From Nemertoderma westbladi (taxonomy: Eukaryota > Animalia > Xenacoelomorpha), in contig JAUCBJ010001217.1 of NCBI GenBank assembly GCA_032718475.1, positions 1 through 39,582 on the forward strand: DNA of 39,582 bases, read 5' to 3'. The translations under genes and the position numbers were made by a program. The notes under the pieces are model-generated. The model was given only the letters and a program-made list of their open reading frames with translations, made no database searches and was not told the DNA's origin. Of the stretch, positions 1 to 13,733 are shown piece by piece (position 1 is the stretch's first letter; each line of letters opens with the position of its first letter).

Positions 1-231
1 TATGATATAAAATAAATTAGGCACTGAAATAAAGTATCTAGCAACAATCAATAAAATATTAAAAGCAATATTTCATTACAGATTAAAAAATTATAAAAAC
101 TGATTTCTAAAAACATTGTAAAATTCTAAAAATTAAATTCTAAAAACAGAGTAAAATTATAAAACCGGTTCTAAAAACAGTGTATAAAATCCTAAAAACT
201 GAGTTCGAGTAAAAACTAGCACTCACGCTTT

Positions 232-3200
232 CATAGACAGTCATACATTCCCCATAGACAATCACACATTCCCCATAGACAATCACACATCCCCCATATA
301 CAATCACACATTCTCCTCATAGACAATCACACATTCCCCATAGACAATCACACATCCCCCGTAGACAATCACACATCCCCCATAGACAATCACACATCCC
401 CATAGACAATCACACATCCCCCATAGACAATCACACATCCCCATAGACAATCACACATCCCCATAGACAATCACACATTCCCCATAGACAATCACACATT
501 CCCCATAGACAATCACACATCCCCCGTAGACAATCACACATTCCCCATAGACAATCACACATCCCCCATAGACAATTACACACTCCCCACAGACAATCAC
601 ACATCCCCCATAGAGAATCACACATCCCCCATAGACAATCACACATCCCACATAGACAATCACACATTCCACATAGACAATCACACATTCCACATAGACA
701 ATCACACATTCCCCATAGACAATCACACATCCCCCATAGACAATCACACATTCCCATAGACAATCACACATCCCCCATAGACAATCACACATCCCCATAG
801 ACAATCACACATTCCCCATAGACAATCACACATTCCCCATAGACAATCACACATTCCCCATAGACAATCACACATCCCCCATAGACAATCACACATTCCC
901 CATAGACAATCACACATCCCCCATATACAATCACACATCCCATAGACAATCACACATCCCCCATAGACAATCACACATCCCCCATAGACAATCACACATT
1001 CCCCATAGACAATCACACATCCCCCATATACAATCACACATCCCCATAGACAATCACACATCCCCCATAGACAATCACACATTCCCCATAGACAATCACA
1101 CATCCCCCATATACAATCACACATCCCCATAGACAATCACACATCCCCAATAGACAATCACACATCCCCCATAGACAATCACACATTCCCATAGACAATC
1201 ACACATCCCCCTTAGACAATCACACATCCCCCATAGACAATCACACATCCCCCATAGACAATCACACATTCCCCATAGACAATCACACATCCCCCATATA
1301 CAATCACACATCCCCATAGACAATCACACATCCCCCATATACAATCACACATCCCCATAGACAATCACACATCCCCCATAGAGAATCACACATCCCCCAT
1401 AGACAATCACACATCCCCCATATACAATCACACATCCCCATAGACAATCACACATCCCCCATATACAATCACACATCCCCATAGACAATCACACATCCCC
1501 ATATACAATCACACATCCCCATAGACAATCACACATTCCCCATAGACAATCACACATCCCCCATAGACAATCACACATCCCCCATAGACAATCACACATT
1601 CCCCATAGACAATCACACATCCCCCATATACAATCACACATCCCCATAGACAATCACACATCCCCCATATACAATCACACATCCCCATAGACAATCACAC
1701 ATCCCCCATACACAATCACACATTCCCCATAGACAATCACACATCCCCCATATACAATCACACATCCCCCGTAGACAATCACACATTCCCCATAGACAAT
1801 TACACATCCCCCCTAGACAATTACACATTCCCCACAGACAATCACACATCCCACATAGAGAATCACACATCCCCCATAGACAATCACACATCCCATATAG
1901 ACAATCACACATTCCACATAGACAATCACACATTCCACATAGACAATCACACATTCCCCATAGACAATCACACATCCCCCATAGACAATCACACATTCCC
2001 ATAGACAATCACACATCCCCCATAGACAATCACACATTCCCCATAGACAATCACACATCCCCCATATACAATCACACATCCCCATAGACAATCACACATC
2101 CCCCATAGACAATCACACATTCCCCATAGACAATCACACATCCCCCATATACAATCACACATCCCCATAGACAATCACACATCCCCAATAGACAATCACA
2201 CATTCCCCATAGACAATCACACATTCCCCATAGACAATCACACATTCCCCATAGACAATCACACATCCCCCATAGACAATCACACATTCCCCATAGACAA
2301 TCACACATCCCCCATATACAATCACACATCCCCATAGACAATCACACATCCCCCATAGACAATCACACATTCCCCATAGACAATCACACATTCCCCATAG
2401 ACAATCACACATCCCCAATAGACAATCACACATTCCCCATAGACAATCACACATTCCCCATAGACAATCACACATTCCCCATAGACAATCACACATCCCC
2501 CATAGACAATCACACATTCCCCATAGACAATCACACATCCCCCATATACAATCACACATCCCCATAGACAATCACACATCCCCCATAGACAATCACACAT
2601 TCCCCATAGACAATCACACATCCCCCATAGACAATTACACATTCCCCACAGACAATCACACATCCCCCATAGAGAATCACACATCCCCCATAGACAATCA
2701 CACATCCCACATAGACAATCACACATTCCACATAGACAATCACACATTCCACATAGACAATCACACATTCCCCATAGACAATCACACATCCCCCATAGAC
2801 AATCACACATTCCCATAGACAATCACACATCCCCCTTAGACAATCACACATCCCCCATAGACAATCACACATCCCCCATAGACAATCACACATTCCCCAT
2901 AGACAATCACACATCCCCCATATACAATCACACATCCCCATAGACAATCACACATCCCCCATAGAGAATCACACATCCCCCATAGACAATCACACATCCC
3001 CCATATACAATCACACATCCCCATAGACAATCACACATCCCCCATATACAATCACACATCCCCATAGACAATCACACATCCCCCATAGACAATCACACAT
3101 TCCCCATAGACAATCACACATTCCCCATAGACAATCACACATTCCCCATAGACAATCACACATTCCCCATAGACAATCACACATCCCCCATATACAATCA

Positions 3201-5470
3201 CACATCCCCATAGACAATCACACATCCCCCATAGACAATCACACATCCCCCATATACAATCACACATCCCCCATAGACAATCACACATTCCCCATAGACA
3301 ATCACACATCCCCCATATACAATCACACATCCCCATAGACAATCACACATTCCCCATAGACAATCACACATCCCCCATAGACAATCACACATCCCCCATA
3401 GACAATCACACATTCCCCATAGACAATCACACATCCCCCATATACAATCACACATCCCCATAGACAATCACACATCCCCATAGACAATCACACATCCCCC
3501 ATAGACAATCACACATTCCCCATAGACAATCACACATCCCCCATATACAATCACACATCCCCATAGACAATCACACATCCCCATAGACAATCACACATCC
3601 CCCATAGACAATGACACATCCCCCATAGACAATCACACATTCCCCATAGACAATCACACATCCCCCATATACAATCACACATCCCCATAGACAATCACAC
3701 ATCCCCATAGACAATCACACATCCCCCGTAGACAATCACACATTCCCCATAGACAATCACACATCCCCCATAGACAATTACACATTCCCCACAGACAATC
3801 ACACATCCCCCATAGAGAATCACACATCCCCCATAGACAATCACACATCCCACATAGACAATCACACATTCCACATAGACAATCACACATTCCACATAGA
3901 CAATCACACATTCCCCATAGACAATCACACATCCCCCATAGACAATCACACATTCCCATAGACAATCACACATCCCCCATAGACAATCACACATCCCCCA
4001 TAGACAATCACACATCCCCCATAGACAATCACACATTCCCCATAGACAATCACACATCCCCCATATACAATCACACATCCCCATAGACAATCACACATCC
4101 CCCATATACAAACACACATCCCCATAGACAATCACACATCCCCCATAGAGAATCACACATCCCCCATAGACAATCACACATCCCCCATATACAATTACAC
4201 ATCCCCATAGACAATCACACATCCCCCATATACAATCACACATCCCCATAGACAATCACACATCCCCCATATACAATCACACATCCCCATAGACAATCAC
4301 ACATCCCCCATATACAATCACACATCCCCATAGACAATCACACATGCCCCATATACAATCACACATCCCCCATATACAATCACACATCCCCCATATACAA
4401 TCACACATCCCCATAGACAATCACACATGCCCCATAGACAATCACACATGCCCATAGACAATCACACATGCCCCATATACAATCACACATCCCCCATATA
4501 CAATCACACATCCCCCATATACAATCACACATCCCCATAGACAATCACACATCCCCTATAGACAATCACACATCCCCCGTAGACAATCACACATGCCCCA
4601 TAGACAATCACACATGCCCATAGACAATCACACATGCCCATAGACAATCACACATGCCCCATATACAATCACACATCCCCCATATACAATCACACATCCC
4701 CCATATACAATCACACATCCCCCATATACAATCACACATCCCCCATATACAATCACACATCCCCATAGACAATCACACATCCCCCATAGACAATCACACA
4801 TCCCCCGTAGACAATCACACATCCCCCATAGACAATCACACATCCCCCATAGACAATCACACATGCCTCATAGACAATCACACATGCCCATAGACAATCA
4901 CACATGCCCCATATACAATCACACATCCCCCATATACAATCACACATCCCCCATATACAATCACACATCCCCATAGACAATCACACATCCCCCGTAGACA
5001 ATCACACATCCCCATAGACAATCACACATTCCCCATAGACAATCACACATTCCCCATAGACAATCACACATCCCCATAGACAATCACACATCCCCCATAT
5101 ACAATCACATATCCCCATAGACAATCACACATCCCCATAGACAATCACACATCCCCCATAGACAATCACACATCCCCCATAGACAATCACACATCCCCCA
5201 TAGACAATCACACATCCCCATAGACAATCACACATCCCCCATAGACAATCACACATCCCCCATAGACAATCACACATGCCCCATATACAATCACACATCC
5301 CCCATATACAATCACACATCCCCCATATACAATCACACATCCCCATAGACAATCACACATCCCCCATAGACAATCACACATTCCCCATATACAATCACAC
5401 ATCCCCCATATACAATCACACATCCCCATAGACAATCACACATGCCCCATAGACAATCACACATGCCCCA
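232..5470. repeat. Tandem satellite, 20-21 bp unit (CATAGACAATCACACATCCCC), ~250 copies
   Basis: Uninterrupted tandem array with recurrent variants (TTCCCC/TCCCCC, TATAC/TAGAC, GAGAATC, TCCACAT, late ATGCCC). The GMCDCLW/GCVIVYG ORFs are translations of the repeat. Confidence 0.98.
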
Positions 5471-6758
5471 GGTTGCCATCCAGGTTGGTTATTTCATTTC
5501 TGATAGTCAGATTTGAAGATTTTTCTGATAGTCAGGCCCAACTGTTATTATTGTAAATTACCCAAATGTATACCTAGATAAGTATTTTTGTTGTACAGTT
5601 GTCCGTACGGCAGTACAAAGTACTTGCTAGGCCTTTACCATTTTGTTATACCAGAATACCTAACTCTCTAAAAGTCTACAAAGTAAAGTAAAGTAGTATA
5701 CAAAGTAGTATAGGTCGACAACCAAACTACATGCATACCTATTGTACATTTTTTTGTTTAAAGGCTCTATACAGAGTAATATAATTATAATAAATGTGAT
5801 CTACAAACCCATACAGTTAAATACAACTCCATGACCCTTATGCCTGCGTCATACATACAGTAGTGAGGCATGCATTTGCATATGTGCACAAGTTTTTTAA
5901 TCCATTCCATGTGAAATGTTATCGATCAAATTTGAAATGATGTTCATTATGTTACAAGAGAAAGTGATATAAGTACCTATTAAATAAATAAAACCTAAAG
6001 ATTATGTATTATGATTAACCATGATATCACTTCACCCCCACCCCGGGGGAATTACGTGAATTGTGTTAGTTTGTTAATTGATTTACTTATCACCAAAGAT
6101 ATAATCTAAATCCGTTGTACAATGATTTATTGCGTACTATTTGAATAAGCCTGTGTGACTAAATAAATCTACATTGACTTTGAGCCGTCACCACTCGTCA
6201 GGTAAACAAAGTCTATTCAATTGATATTAGAGAGATTATTGTTTTATACAATTTAATTAATATCAAAGATATTATGTATTTCAAGTAATTTCATAAATGA
6301 TAAATTTACATATATAATTATTATTAAATTTGGCAACTAAAAAATATTGCTTTTAAATTTAATCATAATTAATAACTAACTGACTAAAGTAACATTTGTT
6401 TAAGGTATTGCAATTGAAATGATTAGGCCTAATGTAGACAGTAACTGCACTCGTTCTTGGGGACTTCGCGCAACACGAGACTCAGTTAACATGGAAAACT
6501 GAAATCCTTGAAGTGAAAACTTATTTGTATTTACAATACACCGCCATAGGACTGACAGAGGAACTGACTTAGTCTGTTATAGGAAGGGATCTAGGGGTCT
6601 TTACCTCGAATGATAAGTTTATTTTACCGAAAATAATTTATCTTTTATTGGCGCAATTGTAGGACTAATCCAATCACATGCGTACTTTTTAACCGGGTAG
6701 TGTACAAATTTATGAATCGCGTAATTTTTCTTGAAATTAATATCTCATATCTATCCAA

Positions 6759-6801
6759 ACCACGTACGCGTTTCGACCTTACTGGGTCTCATCAGCGTGG
6801 T
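6759..6801 (-). ncRNA. Minimal type I hammerhead ribozyme
   Basis: The - strand reads ACCACG-CTGATGA-GACC-CAGTAA-GGTC-GAAA-CGCGTA-CGTGGT. It has the core CUGAUGA and GAAA, stem II GACC/GGTC, stem I ACCACG/CGTGGT, a palindromic minimal stem III (ACGCGT) and a GUA cleavage triplet. Confidence 0.85.
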
Positions 6802-6860
6802 GTCGGATTCGAACCTGGGACCTCGAAGTGGAAGCCGAGACTACAACCACTAGGCCACAG
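6802..6860 (-). promoter_or_regulatory. tRNA-derived SINE head / Pol III internal promoter
   Basis: The - strand reads CTGTGGCCTAGTGGTTGTAGTCTCGGCTTCCACTTCGAGGTCCCAGGTTCGAATCCGAC. A box TGGCCTAGTGG and B box GGTTCGAATCC lie at tRNA spacing, with a CTTCCA loop reminiscent of tRNA-Gly(TCC). There is no acceptor stem. Confidence 0.75.
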
Positions 6861-7109
6861 GTTCTTGAGATATGGAGTATTAATTTCAAAGCCAGCTGCC
6901 ATTTTATTAGCCCCTGTTTTTTTTATTATTGATAGTAACAATGTGTTGGCAAGCTGTATTTTTCGAGGTATTTGTTATTATACATTTATTATAGGAAGGG
7001 ATCTAGTGATAAAAGATAATTTTCGGTAAAATAAACTTATCATTCGAGGTTAAGACCCCTAAATCCCTTCCTATAATAAATTAAACTACCGGTACCAACC
7101 CACTATATA

Positions 7110-7740
7110 ACTTATTCTGCGTCCGAATTTGATTGTTCTATTTTGCAGTTACTATGACAATCGCTGAAAACAGATGTTTTTATACAAAAATTACTCATTT
7201 GGATATAGACTTCGCGATAAAATTTTACGAAACTGGGAATGTGTTATCTGGACCACTAGTTGAAACTTTTAGTGATACTCAAATTATTCCAGAAATATAT
7301 AGTTACCTTGGTAACTGTATATTAATAAAGTCTATATCATTCCAGTCTATATTCATAACTCTATTTGTAGAAAAACCGCAATATATATAAACTTGGAGTT
7401 TCTTAACTCGACTATAAGGGCCATAGCCGAGCAGATTGAGGTAAATTAAAAAATCCTGATACCATGGCAACCAGGCTAAACAGACGTAAAAATTTATAAA
7501 ATGATAATTTGAAGCACAAGTTGATAGTATTATGACTTGGGACCAACACCTACCCCCACTCTATCACTTATTCTGCATACGAATTACATTGTACTATTTT
7601 TCAGTTTCCAAGACAACCACTGCAAACTGATGTTTTGCTGAAAAGTACATCTTTAATTTTGGACATCAACTACTCAATGAAACTTCCTGTGTAAAACCGA
7701 GCAGTTCTAGAAAACTCCAGTTGCCATGGTGATGGGAGTT
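7110..7740. repeat. Diverged direct duplication (~456 bp period) with GTTGCCATGG/CCATGGCAAC-like motifs; probable old DNA-transposon remnant
   Basis: ACTTATTCTGCGTCCGAATTTGATTGTTCTATTTTGCAGTT at ~7110 aligns by eye with ACTTATTCTGCATACGAATTACATTGTACTATTTTTCAGTT at ~7566, and the similarity continues >100 bp. Confidence 0.55.
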
Positions 7741-9608
7741 GAATTAAGACATATGACTTTTAACTAGAACCAATGAACCGATGAGTCAAAGTGTGTTTAA
7801 TTTTCCTTAGCTTCGTGGTTGCATTTCCTTTAGGAAATGCCTTTCTAGTATCTTAACAATTAACATCTGTTAAAGGTCTTAATTGTCTTGTTTCCGTAAA
7901 TGGTTACTAAATGAGTGCTGGTTCTCTGGTTCCTCTGGGGAATTGAGTTCTAGTGGGAACGCACTGAAAATTAGTCGTCAGACTTTCTGCATACTCCCTG
8001 GCCTAACGGCTGTTACTTTTTTTTACTTTTGTGTCATTAGCTAGATATTACAAGTTTAGTGATGCCATCTGGCGGCATGTTAGGTGATCTTGAAGATTAA
8101 TTATTAGATCGGTTACAAGTCGGTTAGCTACGGAAGTCGATAACGGCCACCGCTCCTCTCACACACAGAACACCCCCATACACATCAGTTTTAATGTGCG
8201 TGGCAAGGTGAAGTACCGGTAAACAACTGCACACGAACGAGTAGTATTGCGAGAGCCAAGAGGCAACGCGTTAAGAAAATAATAGTTTATAATTTAAATA
8301 TTTCCGGATATCGGAGATCACAAGAATGTGAATTAATTACACTAGGATAGTAAATTACGTGATGCATTATATTCCAATCACGCCAATAATGGATGGCGAA
8401 GCTTTAAAATATCCTCTGATTTCCATAAAATTATCACGAATTATTTTATATTCCCCCGAGGAGTATGAACTCTCTGATATTTTCTCTTCATGTTTAATTA
8501 AGCTACGTTTCTATGTGAGTAGGCTGTCCCTGTGAGTTATCACAGGATTAATTATGAGTGTAGGATTAACCTTAAGGCGCGTGCCTTAGGGCCAGCCGAA
8601 AATACGGGCCATTTTTTCTCAGCGAGTCATTCCTGTGAAAAAAAATATATTTATCTGAAAAGTGCAAGTAGCCAGTAAGTCACACACCATCAGAGCTTAT
8701 CGTTCTTAGGGTGATCAGATCACTTTTTCAATGTAGAATCATGTCAATAACTATCTCTACCTTGCCTTAGCTATCGCCCGAAGGGTCAGAAAGTGTGCAT
8801 GCTTGTGATATTGCGTCTGTATTCAGTCAGTTTGTGTAATGTCAAGCAGTACATCATTTATATATCGTATAGGGCGTATTGTCATCGTTATAATACTGTC
8901 ATCAACTCAGGCTAAGGTCAATTGTAATGTAAAGGCTTAGTACGTTTTATCGAACTCCAGATCAAATCGATCTTGTTCCGAACTTGCTCAAGTTCGCGTG
9001 GCGACGCCCCACGAACGTATTTTTTATTAGGCTAACTGAGAATGTATTAGGTATAATTAATTAGTGTTCTTTATTTTTTATTTCTAATACAGTAAGACCT
9101 CTTCGCAGAATAAACTGGTCTTTGGGGCCGTTTCCAAGGTTGCGGATTGGGATAACATTTCACACATCCCACTAAGTATTACATTAGATGGGAGGCAGTT
9201 TACTTGGTTGATGCAAGTCATTCTTGGTTTGCAACTTCCAATCCCATCTGTTTAGAGTTTGCTTTCGTTTAAAGCCATCTTGGTGGCGTTCTCATATAAA
9301 TATTAGAAATAAGTATTGACAGCGTTAATGGTATATGCACTTTTCATATGCACAATTTTCGATAATATATTTTGCATAATGAAAAACATAAACTTCACTG
9401 TGTAAAAGAAATTGTATATCGCAACCGCTTTAGTTACAGAGGTAAAACAGCATTGATCAGTAATGCATAAAGCAAGTATCACTTATAGTACTGGGAGTAG
9501 TGGAAAGGATAGAGATGTTCTGATGATAGATCCTGAGTTCCTAGGAGATATGGTCCTCCAGGATAATAAGGTGAGAATCAATACATAATCAAAATGGTTT
9601 GAAAAACC

Positions 9609-9852
9609 GAGACTGGGGGGAAACTTGACGACGCAATTCCCATCTCGACGAATTAATATCTCGTCAAAAATAAATTATAAATTTATGGAAAGGAGTAGGT
9701 TACAGTCGTACGTTATTATAACCAAAACAATAAACTAAAGTCCATAGAACATGTTACAGTTTTATTATAGGGAGTAATCGGCTGTTATTTGCGTCGATTT
9801 TCCCCTGGGGAGGGATGAATTTTGTTCGCGTCGAAAGTTTCCCCCCTATCTG
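9609..9852. mobile_element. MITE, 244 bp, hAT-like (8-bp TSD)
   Basis: Imperfect TIRs GAGACTGGGGGGAAACTTGACGACGC / GCGTCGAAAGTTTCCCCCCTATCTG, flanked by the exact direct repeat GAAAAACC (9601-9608, 9853-9860). Confidence 0.75.
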
Positions 9853-11092
9853 GAAAAACCACTTTAACAACTAAACTCGATATTAATAAAATAAAAACAA
9901 TGCCAGAGTATGGTTCAATTATTATACAATTTATTGTATATTCAATTTAATATAATTTTTTAACAATCACGAAATTAAGTCTAAGCAATAAAACGAGATA
10001 TAAAATAAAATTCATATTTCTTGTTAATATTATAAAATAAGACATCAAAAATATATAGCTCTTCTCCTAGCAGCCCACTCCCATTCAATCCACCGCTTAA
10101 TCTCCGTCTCCGTCCTCCAGCCCAAGCAGCCACCGTGACCGTTTCCCATCACTCACAGAGGCACAGACCTACCGCCCGCACTAAATACCAAAAACTACAG
10201 TACGTAATATTGATTTAAATTAATTTAATTTTAATACATTTTATGTATTCTCGTTATGATTGATTGATTGATTGAAATTTAATGTCATGGGCCTTCTTGC
10301 CCCCAACCAACAATGCTTTACATGACAGCAAACAATAATACATAAAATATAAAGATAACAAATTGAACCAGATTTAGAGATAATATAAATTCACCTTAAA
10401 TCTTACAAAAATGATAATACATCAGATTTACCCTAATAAATATAATAATACACGTTAAATCATACAAGATATACCCTAACTGTAATAATAATAATAACTT
10501 GATCTACACTGAATTATATAAGTTATTTCTTCTAATATCACACATTTTTGAAATAATTCGTCCTGAATATTTATTCGTCCCGTTATATTTATTTTTATTT
10601 ATATTTCTTTATGTTTATATTCTATTTAGTAACATATATTTAGTCTATATTAAAATTTAATTGACAATTGACAGAAGAACTGTAAGCTGAAATCTGTAAG
10701 TCATTTTTCGTCCCAGACTGATAATTAGCAAAGAGTTAATCGACTCTACTATTGGCTCCCAACAACTATGGCATCCGACACATAGATACATAGACATTTG
10801 GATAACAAGTTCGCTAATGGCTTGCAGTTCTGACTCACTTTAATGAGACCATCAATTTAATTTCCTTTTAAATACAAATTAACATACATTGTTTGGGTAA
10901 TTTGGAAGTTTTATGTTCTGTAATGTTTAATAAGTTTCATTTTACCCAGATATTAACAAACAACCGCTGCATATAATTAAAGCCATAGGCTATACAGATA
11001 TCCACAAAAGTTAGTAGCATTAATTATTGTGTTTTTAACACGATTAAATTTATTCTATTTCTATCTATTTAATTTTTTTACTTTCCATTCAG

Positions 11093-11480
11093 GGGTTTGC
11101 ACCTTCCCCTTCGATAACGGCCTCAGACACGAGTGAAACTCAAACATTGAACCGCCGTGCCCGTGTGAGCGCGAAGGAGAGACGGGGAACTAATCGGGTA
11201 GAGATGGCCAATCTCTCACCGTTCAAGGAGTCCGATATGGAGGCGGCATTGGATGAGGACGTAACGATGAGAAACCGACCACAATCCGAGGAGACATCCA
11301 ATGAAGAAGACAACAGGAGTCGTGATAACAGTAAACATATGACGATCTATCGTCCAGATTTGATGCATGGATGTTATAACATAGGAGAATACGTGGTTAA
11401 ATTGAGAGTAAACAGTATTGAGTTCTACCACGAACATAGTTGTATTATCCTACCAGTTGTGTTATCGATATTAGCAACAG
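11093..11480 (+). CDS. SLC28A3: Concentrative Na+/nucleoside transporter (SLC28/CNT family, SLC28A3-like), first identifiable exon: hydrophilic N-terminus and start of TM1
   Basis: A polypyrimidine tract and AG acceptor end at 11092, and the frame is open through the exon. Candidate ATG at 11204 (MANLSPF). The donor G|GTTAG at 11481 (phase 1) splices in frame to the 13734 exon, giving LSILATAYLTYLCIAMYFDFNRAL. The true start may be 11204 or lie in an upstream exon. Confidence 0.72.
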
Positions 11481-11882
11481 GTTAGAAAACAATTTTATAT
11501 GACACTTAGAGGTCTATCTAGGAGTCTTCATCGAGCAGAAACGTATATGTAACTAGCGAAAGGCTATAATATCCATCATATTATAGTGTAGTGAGTGGAT
11601 TTAGTGTGAGGCAAAAGGCCTACTTATTGGCCTAATTATGACTTCTGGCTAACTCACACAAGCCAAGGTACTTTACTTTACTTTACTTTGATTTAAGAGG
11701 CATGATAATTTATTGATTTATTTATTTATTTGCATCTTTCGTTTACAAAGCAAACTGCTACCAAAACCAAAACCCTCACCGATTGGTTAGTGCCGCATAA
11801 TATTTTAAATTGGTGGACATGTAGATGACACAATAGCAATGGTACTTTAGAGTCACACACACTGCCATAGAGAAAGATGGTT

Positions 11883-11918
11883 GGGGTGGGGTGGGGTGGG
11901 GTGGGGTGGGGTGGGGTG
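11883..11918 (+). repeat. (GGGGT)n microsatellite, potential G-quadruplex
   Basis: Seven GGGGT units in an intron. Confidence 0.85.
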
Positions 11919-13733
11919 AATAGGTTATAATTGTCTTTACTTTGTCAATAACCGTAATGTAAAGTTAATAATTTTAAATGTAAAAAAAACAATGAAAGAA
12001 AAAGAGACAAAAAAGAGAAGTTATTATTTTTCGTTCAGCGAATAAATATTTTAAGGCCTACTACTAGGTAAGACAGGTTAATTAATTTTCATAGGAATAA
12101 AATTCGCTAAAATAAGAACAATAAGCTTTGGAACAAAATTCGCATTTTATTTTTTTAGAAACAAATTTCGCGTTGCGTCCAATATGCCAACTTTCTTCCA
12201 ATGTAGAGCGAACCAATAGACGCGAACTTCGTTTCAAAAATCCAGATATCACACATTAATCTGTTGTATCCAAGCATCTTAGAAAAGATAACCTGTTGGT
12301 ATTGTCGCAGCGGATTTTAAGATAACTGAATATAATCTTACGACTTTCTGAAAGGTACAGTAAGCTCGTAAAATTAATATAATTCTACAGTTTTACCCAT
12401 GAACTCGGAGCTGCTATTCAATAGAGCAGAAAATAACATCCATAATAAGATAGCAAACACCTAATTAAAGTTTGTGGAATATACAGCAGATTTTGCATTG
12501 TGAATATCATAAAAAAAATAATGTAAGCACATAAAAAATGTATAATAAATTATTACGATTGAGTAGCAGGTTATGTGAGATATGGTTCGTTTGTAAGTAA
12601 TGAATAAGTAATTAAAGTAATTATCAGAATGAGTCCCTACCACTACAGTATCCTTTTCCTCTGTTTCATTATCTTTCTACTACAGTACCATCACATCACC
12701 CAAATCATATCTACGTCCGACTACTAACAGAAGGATGCATTGCCTGTAACACTGATCACTGTTCGAGATCAGCCATGTAAAGCCCAAATGCATCTCCATT
12801 ATAAATAAATAAATGCTGATGTTTTTCCGGATTTATTGTGGTGTTCTGGTGTAGGCCTCCTAATATGAGTGTGATGTCTCTGGAAAACGTTATTATTGTC
12901 AGTGGAGATGTCTTCGAGCATTATGGTAAACACACGATATATACCGGAAGAGAAGGCACCGGAAATAATGTTGTTCCATAATCAGCAATACTGCTCACCG
13001 AATACTGACTACTAAAAAAAATTGGTGTCCAGTTGTTGCATGCAATCAGTACCTGCTGCCAATAATCAGTTTCATAAGTGTCAAAGTGTTGTACCAAGGT
13101 GGGAGCTTTAACTAGAAGCTAGTGGTACGTTCTAAAGATCGTCAGGAAAAATGAGCTCCAAATGAGCCCTATTAATTAAATTGCTTTATCGCTTCTAAAG
13201 TACAGTGGTCTTCTTCAGTAAGGACTGAATCTGGTACGAATTCCAAGAGAAAGCTTTCATATCAATATGGCCTTCATAATTGTCAGAAAAAATTAATTAC
13301 GTTGAGTCCGCTATAAAAGAAGTATGAGCCTCCTACTACCTATTGACATGCCCTTCTATATCCTATCTTTCCTTTCCAGGGCAAAATAATATGTTTAAAT
13401 CATTATTTAAAAATTATTATTATTGACTATTTCCGAAGTAACCGATAGTCCATTTCTCAGCTAGTCAGCTGCTTTACACACACATAGGCCTATGTAATGT
13501 CATGTTATCTTTGACAATTTTGGGTTATAACTTTTCACGTGTGATTTTGGCAAGATTAATAGTATGTACCTTGTGACGTTCGGTTCGGGCCAGTTGAGAT
13601 ATATAGCAAGCGAAGATAAGTACTAAGTTTATATTTTATTATCTCTATTCAAACGACACACCCCATTACTATGATCATATAAATTGATGCAAACTCTCAA
13701 TGGATTAAAATTTAATATAATTATATTTTTCAG

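Larger units (their letters stand above)
6577..7076 (-). mobile_element. Non-autonomous element: tRNA-derived head + hammerhead + body, bracketed by ~70-bp inverted repeats (SINE/retrozyme- or Penelope-dependent-like)
   Basis: 6577-6648 is the near-exact reverse complement of 7009-7076. A short direct copy of the end (TTATAGGAAGGGATCTAG) lies at 6989-7006. Internal tRNA-like and hammerhead motifs are on the - strand. Confidence 0.7.

Noticed and set aside
431-5435. Many Cys-rich ORFs (GMCDCLW / GCVIVYG repeats), superficially metallothionein- or keratin-associated-like
   Set aside because: They are translations of the 21-bp satellite; frames switch at every 20-bp unit.
6802-6870. Functional tRNA-Gly gene
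   Set aside because: A and B boxes are present but there is no acceptor stem and the anticodon stem is poor; it is better explained as a SINE head.
8062-8077. CTCF-like motif GCCGCCAGATGGCA (- strand)
   Set aside because: A single short match with no supporting context.
10257-10500. (GATT)n tract resembling a LINE/SINE 3' tail on the - strand
   Set aside because: No recognisable coding remnant or TSD to define an element.
12760-13400. Possible very old LINE endonuclease remnant on the - strand
   Set aside because: Only vague motif fragments across several frames; not supportable without a search.
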